A program made the position numbers and the translations under genes. A stretch of 32,000 bases of DNA from Candidatus Saccharimonadota bacterium (lineage in GTDB: Bacteria; Pseudomonadota; Gammaproteobacteria; Enterobacterales; Enterobacteriaceae): positions 148,481 to 180,480 of the forward strand of contig CP144769.1 in the NCBI GenBank assembly GCA_036689235.1, read 5' to 3'. Below the pieces are notes generated by a model that ran no database searches, had not been told where the DNA came from, and saw only the letters and a program-made list of their open reading frames with translations. Positions 25,841 through 32,000 of the stretch are shown here, piece after piece (within the stretch, counting starts at the first letter, position 1; the number at the start of each line of letters is the position of its first letter).

Positions 25841-27184
25841 ATGATTACAAATAATATTATATATAAATATATTAAAAAAATAAAAAAAATATTTAAAACA
25901 ATTAAAAAAAAAATAAAAACAAAAATAGAAATTAAAATTAAAATTTATAAAGAAAAAAATATAAAAATAAAAAATAAAAAAATAGAAAATATAGATATCA
26001 AAAAAAATATATTATTAAATATAAATTCATATTTAAAAAAAAAAAAATGTAATATTATTTTAAATAATTTAAATAAAAAAAATATAAAAAAATGTATAAA
26101 TTATATAACTAATAAAAAAAATTATATATTAAATAAAAATAATAATTTATTTGATAAAAATATATTTAATAAAAAACAAAAAAAAAATTTAGGAATATAT
26201 TTTAAAGATAATTTTAATATTAAAGAAATAATTAATATATTAAAAAATATAGAACAAAATTCAATTAATTTAAATAAAAATATTTTAAGTGATGATACGA
26301 TATTTAATAAAACAAAATATATATATATTATATATAATAATTATCACAAAATAAAAATTTATAAATGTAAATTTTATTTATTACTACATAATATAATTAT
26401 CAGAAAAAAAAATATTATGGAATATGATTATATATATTTATATAGACATAAATTATTAGATATAATAAATAATTATCATAATTTAAATAAAAAAATAATA
26501 AAAAACATAAAAATTAAAATTAAACAAAAAAATATAAAAACTAATAATTATTCTATAATATTTAAAAATGAAATAAGTAGTGAAATTCTAGGATATTTAT
26601 ATAATCTAATAAATGGAAAAAATATATATAATAAAATATCAATTTTTCATAAAAAATTAAATAAAAGAATATTTCCTAAATGAATTGATATTATAGAAGA
26701 CCCACATTTTTATAAAGGTATAGGTACAAAACCATTTGATAATGAAGGATTAAATACAAAAAAATATTATTTAATTAAAAAAGGTATATTAAAAACATGG
26801 ATTTTAAATTCATATTATTCTAAAAAATTAAATAAAAAAAATACATTTAATTCAGGTGGAATTCATAATTGAATAATAAAAAATAATAAAAATAATATAT
26901 CATTCAAAAAATTAATAAAATTAATGAATAATGGAATTATTATAGATAAACTTTTAGGACAAGGAATAAATATAAGTACAGGATTATATTCAAAAGGAAT
27001 ATCAGGATTTTTCGTAAAAAATGGAAAAATAAAATATTATATAAATGAAGCATTAATATCAGGTAATCTAATAGATTTATATAAAAACATAAAAAATATA
27101 AGTAATGATATAAATAATAATTCTAAAATTAGAATAGGATCAATCTTAATAAATAATATAAATGTAATAGGTAAAAAAAAATAA
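25841..27184 (+). CDS. pmbA: Metalloprotease PmbA (TldE)
   Basis: 447 aa. Track ORFs 25841-26683 and 26924-27184 share a frame and join through TGA. The C-terminal half is collinear with E. coli PmbA: PFDNEGLNTKKYYLIKKGILKTWILNSYYSKKL, SGGIHNWII, MNNGIIIDKLLGQGINISTGLYSKGISGFFVKNGKIKYYINEALISGNL. The N-terminal 280 aa are almost pure Lys/Asn/Ile and cannot be recognised by eye. Confidence 0.85.
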
Positions 27185-27496
27185 TTATACTAATATTTAT
27201 TTTAAATAATAATTTATAATTTTTATTAATTTTATATATTTAAATTATTAATAATTATTAATATATTTTATTTAATCTAAAATAAATTAAAAAAAATATT
27301 TTTAATATTATATAATTATTAAAAAATAAATTTAATAATTATAAAATAATAAAATTAAATTTAATTAAATATTTAATTTAAAAAAAAAAATATAAATTAT
27401 AAAATATTTAAATATTTTAATAATTAATTTATATATATAAATATAAATTAATATCAATTAAAATATATATATATAAATGTTATAAAAATAATAAAA

Positions 27497-28054
27497 ATGG
27501 AATATATATTAATATATATAAATAAAAGTTATTGAAATATAATGTATATATTATATTTAATTAATAAAATAATAGAATTTCCAATAATAATAATTACATA
27601 TATAATATTATTTTATATATATATAAAAAATATAAAAAAAAGTAATAAATTTAAAATAATTTTACTAATAAATTTAACATTATTAATATCTTTAATAATA
27701 AAAGAAATAATAAAAAAAATAATATTTATAAAAAGACCATATATATATTTAATATATAAAATTAAAAAAGATAAAACTGTAAAAAAATATTATAAAATAC
27801 CATTATGATTAAAAAAAAATTGAATAAGTAAAAAAAATAGTTCATTTCCATCTGGACATACAATATTTTCTATATTTTGAATAAAATTATATAAAAAAAA
27901 AAAAATATGATATATAAATATAATAAAAAATATATTTAAATTAATAATAATAAGTAGAATATTATTATATTTACATACAATAGAAGATATAATATTTAGT
28001 ATTATATTAAATACAATAATTAAAAAAACAATATATTATATTTTAAAAATATAA
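27497..28054 (+). CDS. pgpB: PAP2-family lipid phosphatase (PgpB-like phosphatidylglycerophosphatase / undecaprenyl-diphosphatase)
   Basis: 185 aa. All three PAP2 motifs are present: KEIIKKIIFIKRP (KxxxxxxRP), SFPSGHT (PSGH) and SRILLYLHTIEDI (SRxxxxxHxxxD). The spacing and context (RPYIYLIYK; NWISKKNSSFPSGHTIF) resemble E. coli PgpB (RPFVIWLEK; HWQKETGFAFPSGHTMF). The ATG at 27497 is in frame, 15 codons upstream of the track ORF start and across a TGA. The 3' end overlaps rnz by 19 nt. Confidence 0.75.
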
Positions 28055-28947
28055 AAATCTCTAGCTATTTTTGTATTAATAAAATATTTATAACAATCAT
28101 TTAACATTAAAATAAGATCTTTATAAGAATATCTTGAACTAAAATGAGTAATAATTAATTTTTTTACATTATATTTTTTAGCAATTATAGCTGCTTGTAT
28201 ATTAGTAGAATGTCCTCTACTATTAGCTTCTTTATACATATTATTATTTAAAGTTGATTCATACACTAATAAATTTAAATTATATAAATATTTACATTTT
28301 TTTATTAAAGGAGAAGTATCTCCTAAAATAGCTATTTTTTTTCCAATTTTTTTTTTTCCTAAATATTTTTTTCCATTTATAATTTTATTATTAAAATTAA
28401 TTTTGTGACCTAATTTTAAAAATTTATATATAGGACCTGGATATATACCTTCAGATATTAATTTATTTACATTTAAATTACCAGATTTATCACATTGTTT
28501 TATATAAAAACCATAACATTCTAATGTATGATTTAATAAAAAACAACTTACTTTATAATTACCATTATTAAATAATTTACCTTCTTTAATTTCAATAATT
28601 TTTAAAGGAAAATTAATATGACAATTAGTTAGTTTTAAAGATAAATTTATAAATTTTTTTATACCTTTAGTACCATAAATTTCTAATGAACTATTAGTAT
28701 TATACATAGATCTACTAGTTAATAAACCTAATAAACCAAAAATATGATCACCATGCATATGAGTAATAAATATTTTTTTAATTTTATTTAATTTTATTGA
28801 AGTATACAAAATTTGATGTTGAGTTCCTTCACCACAATCAAATAATCAAATTTCATAAATATTATCATCTAAAATAAGAGCTATACTACTAACATTTCTT
28901 CTAATAGAAGGAGTACCAGCATTAGTACCTAAAAATTGAATATACAT
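28036..28947 (-). CDS. rnz: Ribonuclease Z / RNase BN (metallo-beta-lactamase tRNA 3' endonuclease)
   Basis: 303 aa. The track ORF 28036-28809 extends upstream through TGA at 28846 to the ATG at 28945-28947. MYIQFLGTNAGTPSIRRNVSSIAL...IWLFDCGEGTQHQIL...KIFITHMHGDHIFGLLGLLTSRSM...NSRGHST...LIITHFSSRY is collinear with E. coli RNase BN (ElaC). Confidence 0.93.
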
Positions 28948-29429
28948 TAAAATACCAAAATAAAAAATTAATAATTACCAATATTTATTATATATATAAT
29001 AAATTTATATAAATATTTAATTAAATAATAAATATTTTAAATAAAATAATATTTTAATAATATATTTTATGTTAAATTTAACATAATATCTATATAAAAT
29101 TAATTTACCTATAAAATTTAAATAATATAAAAAATTATTATAAAATTAATAAAATATTTTAAAATATATAAAATTAATTTATATTATTTATAAATAAATA
29201 TATAATTATATAAATAATTATTAAAATATAAATTATATTTAAAAAAATAAATATTTATTTAATTAAATAAAAGTAAAATAAATAATAATAATAAAATATA
29301 TTATTTTATAAAAAATAATAATAAAATTTTTAAATATTATAATTAATTAAAATATTTTGATTATCAAAATATTATAAATTAATTTTAAAAATATATTTTA
29401 TAAAACAATAAATATAAATATTAAATAAA

Positions 29430-31028
29430 ATGAATAATAAAAATTTTATATATAAAAAAATAAATGAAGATATAAAAAATAAAAAATATAAAAAAATAAT
29501 AACAAGATTTGCTCCAGAACCAAATGGTTTTTTACACATAGGTCATGCAAAATCTATATTTATAAATTTTGAAATTGCTAAATATTATAATGGTATATGT
29601 AACTTAAGATTTGATGATACAAATCCTGATACTATAAAAAAAAAATATATCTATTATATAATAAAAGATATAAAATGATTAGGTTACAAATGATATAAAA
29701 ATATAAAATATACATCAGATTATTTTGATAAATATTATAATTATGCTTTAATATTAATAAAAAAAAATTTAGCATATGTAGAAGAATTATCAAAAGAAAA
29801 AATAAAAAAATATAGGGGAAATTTTAAAAAAAAAGGAAAAAATAGTCCTTTTAGAAATAGAAGTATAAAAGATAATATTAATTTATTTAAAAAAATGAAA
29901 AATGGATTATTTTCAGAAAAAAAAATGTGTTTAAGAGCAAAAATTAATATGAATTCAAAAAATATTATATTAAGAGATCCTATATTATATAGAATTAAAT
30001 ACAAAAAACATATAAGAACAAAAGATAAATGATGTATATATCCTACATATGATTTTTCACATTGCATAGCTGATTCTATAGAAAAAATAAGCCATTCTTT
30101 ATGTACATTAGAATTTTTAAATAATAAAATATTATATAATTGAATTTTAAATAATATAGATATAAAACATAAACCAAAACAATATGAATTTTCAAGATTA
30201 AATATTACAAATAATATAACTTCTAAAAGAAAAATAAATGTTTTAATTAAAAAAAAAATAATAAAAAATTGAAATGATCCAAGATTAATGACTATATCAG
30301 GAATGAAAAAAAAAGGATATACAAAAAAATGTATATTAAATTTTTGTAAATATTTAGGAATAAGTAAACAAGAAAGTATAATAAATATTAATGTATTAAA
30401 AAATTTATTAAGAAAAGATTTAAATAAAACTTCATTAAGAACAATGGGAATAATAAATCCTATTAAAATAATTTTAATAAATATTAAAAAAAAAGAAAAA
30501 ATATATATACCTAATCATCCAAATAATAATAGTTTTGGTAAAAGAAAAATATATTTATATAAAAAAATATATATAGATAAAAAAGATATTAAAATAAATA
30601 AAAATTTAAAATTGAATAAAATATCATTATTAAATAATAAATTAAAATTAAAATATTCTAAAATTATAATTATAAAAGATATAATATTTAATAAAAAAAA
30701 TAAAATTAAATTTATAAAATGTAAAATTTCAAAAGAAAAATATATTAAAAAAAAATATAAAATAATACATTGAATATCAAAAAATGATTCAATAAAAGTA
30801 AAATTTAAAATATTTAAAAATTTATTTAAAAAATATAATTTATTAAAAAATAATAATAATTTTTTAAATTATATAAATAAAAAATCTATAAAAAATAAAA
30901 TAGGATATATAAATAAAGATATATTAAATAATAAAAATAAAATTTTTCAATTAGAAAGAGAAGGTTATTTTAAAATTAAATTTAAAAATAATATAATATT
31001 AAATAAAATAATATCTTTAAAAAAATAA
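29430..31028 (+). CDS. glnS: Glutaminyl-tRNA synthetase
   Basis: 532 aa. Track ORFs 29430-29678 and 30288-30773 share a frame. Matching segments: [18 protein letters not shown] (HIGH), [95 protein letters not shown], and the C-terminal FQLEREGYF. Confidence 0.95.
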
Positions 31029-31035
31029 TAATTAA

Positions 31036-31758
31036 ATGAACAAATCTATTAAAATTAAAAAAAAAAAAAAAAATTTTTATAGAAATAATTTAAGTAAAAT
31101 ATTAAATTTTTTTTTATATAAAATATATTATTTTAATAAAAAAAACATAAAAAAAATAATAAATTTTTTTAGTAAAAAATATAATTTTCATAATTTAAAA
31201 AAAATATTTAAAAAAATATCTTTTATAATAGATAAAAAAATATTAAATATATATAAAAAAAAAAAAATATATAAAAAAATAAATATATTATATAATTTAA
31301 TAGTAAAATTAAATAATAGTCATATATATATATATATATATATATTATATAATAAAAAAAATTTTTTTTTAATAAAAATAGATTTAGAAATATATACATA
31401 TAAATATTTACCATTAAAAATAATAAATTACTTAATTTCAAAATTTAAATCAGATATAATATTAATTAATTATAAAATAACAAAATTTATAAATAAAAAA
31501 AATATATATAATAAATATAAAATAAAATCATTACAAAATTTTATAAATAAAAAGTATAAAAAAAAATATGATTTACTAGATATAAATTTATATAATGAAA
31601 ATATATTCCAAACTAAAATGATAATTAAAAAAATAAATTTAAAGAAAAATATTTTTAATTATAAAAATAAAAAATTTAATAAAAAAAAAAAAATAAATAT
31701 ATTACAATTAATATGAAAAGAAATTAAAAAAATATATTATAATAAAAAAAAATTATAA
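31036..31758 (+). CDS. Hypothetical Lys/Asn/Ile-rich protein (orphan, or too diverged to recognise)
   Basis: 240 codons with no TAA or TAG (one TGA at 31714). It starts 7 nt after the glnS stop. I recognise no catalytic or family motif. It contains an A17 run (31057-31073, KKKKK) and an in-frame (AT)12 repeat. Its last two codons overlap the 3' end of map on the other strand. Confidence 0.45.
31322..31345. repeat. (AT)12 dinucleotide microsatellite inside the orphan ORF
   Basis: Perfect atatat...at run of 24 nt, read in frame as HIYIYIYI. Confidence 0.9.
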
Positions 31759-32000
31759 AGTTAAAATTTTATATCCATTTTTAGTAACTAAAATAGTATG
31801 TTCATATTGAGCTGATAAACTATTATCTTTTGTTTTAACTGTTCATCCATCTTTATCAATATAAGTATCACTTTTACCTAAATTAATCATTGGTTCAATA
31901 GTAAAAACCATACCAGTTTTCATATAAAAATTATAATTATTTTTATAATGTAAAATTTGTGGAAATTCATGAAGTTTTTTTCCTATTCCATGTCCACAAT
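31753..32000 (-). CDS. map: Methionine aminopeptidase type I (3' part; 5' end beyond the window)
   Basis: The reverse strand reads ...[21 protein letters not shown]...[17 protein letters not shown]...[36 protein letters not shown]. This matches E. coli Map GHGIG..FHE.PQVLHY...PGMTFTIEPM.N.G....[30 protein letters not shown]. Confidence 0.93.

Noticed and set aside
27400-27419. 20-bp perfect palindrome taaaatatttaaatatttta and similar A/T-only dyads in the 27185-27496 and 2490-2797 spacers
   Set aside because: They consist only of A and T. With about 44% A and 44% T, palindromes of this length are expected many times by chance in 32 kb, so they carry no evidential weight.
29359-29367. TGATTATCAAAA resembles a DnaA box (TTATCAAAA vs TTATCCACA, 7 of 9 matches) inside the glnS-upstream dyad
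   Set aside because: It is a single degenerate match in A/T-rich DNA, with no cluster of boxes, no adjacent dnaA/dnaN/gidA context, and no skew information. That is not enough to call an origin.
29636-29701. Apparent -1/+1 frame inconsistency at two poly(A) runs in glnS when I counted bases by hand (9 vs 10 A at about 29636-29645; 6 vs 5 A at about 29696-29701)
   Set aside because: The computed ORF track reads straight through the first run in frame (..[16 protein letters not shown], ending at TGA 29676-29678). The downstream conserved sequence ([17 protein letters not shown], then ORF 30288) is in the same frame. This is most likely my miscount of a homopolymer across a line break, not a real frameshift.

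Overview
The window is extremely A+T-rich (by eye only about 10-15% G+C) and gene-dense. It looks like part of a highly reduced proteobacterial obligate endosymbiont genome. The supplied standard-code ORF track is badly fragmented because this genome reads TGA as tryptophan (translation table 4). Read that way, the fragments join into 28 intact CDSs plus one CDS cut by the window edge. In order: sufD-sufS-sufE; an orphan membrane ORF; acpP, rpmF, rluC (minus strand); rne; leuS-holA; recD, recB, recC, ydjM (one tight minus-strand block); thrS-infC-rpmI-rplT-pheS-pheT; ybhL; ppa (minus); pmbA; a PAP2/pgpB-like phosphatase; rnz (minus); glnS; an orphan Lys/Asn/Ile-rich ORF; and map (minus, partial). 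I found no rRNA, tRNA, CRISPR array, IS or phage element. Local gene order resembles free-living gamma/betaproteobacteria. The genes that sit between these neighbours in E. coli are absent: plsX-fabHDG, lptE, ptrA, pheM and ihfA. All 29 stop codons I could place are TAA. The most interesting observations: (1) all three editing-type tRNA synthetases here show lost or eroded proofreading modules (ThrRS lacks its whole N-terminal TGS and editing half, the LeuRS CP1 editing motifs are degenerate, and the PheRS-beta B3/B4 region is shortened); (2) recC-recB-recD is complete and apparently functional, about 27% of the window, and is preceded in the same tight block by a ydjM homologue (an SOS-regulon gene in E. 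coli); (3) RNase E is minimal and ends five residues after the Zn-link; (4) there are two orphan ORFs, one carrying an A17 run and an in-frame (AT)12 repeat; (5) the few long spacers contain dyad elements anchored on G/C positions. The organism cannot be named without a database search. A Zinderia-like betaproteobacterial symbiont is one guess, at low confidence. All coordinates come from hand translation and may be off by a codon at non-ATG starts.
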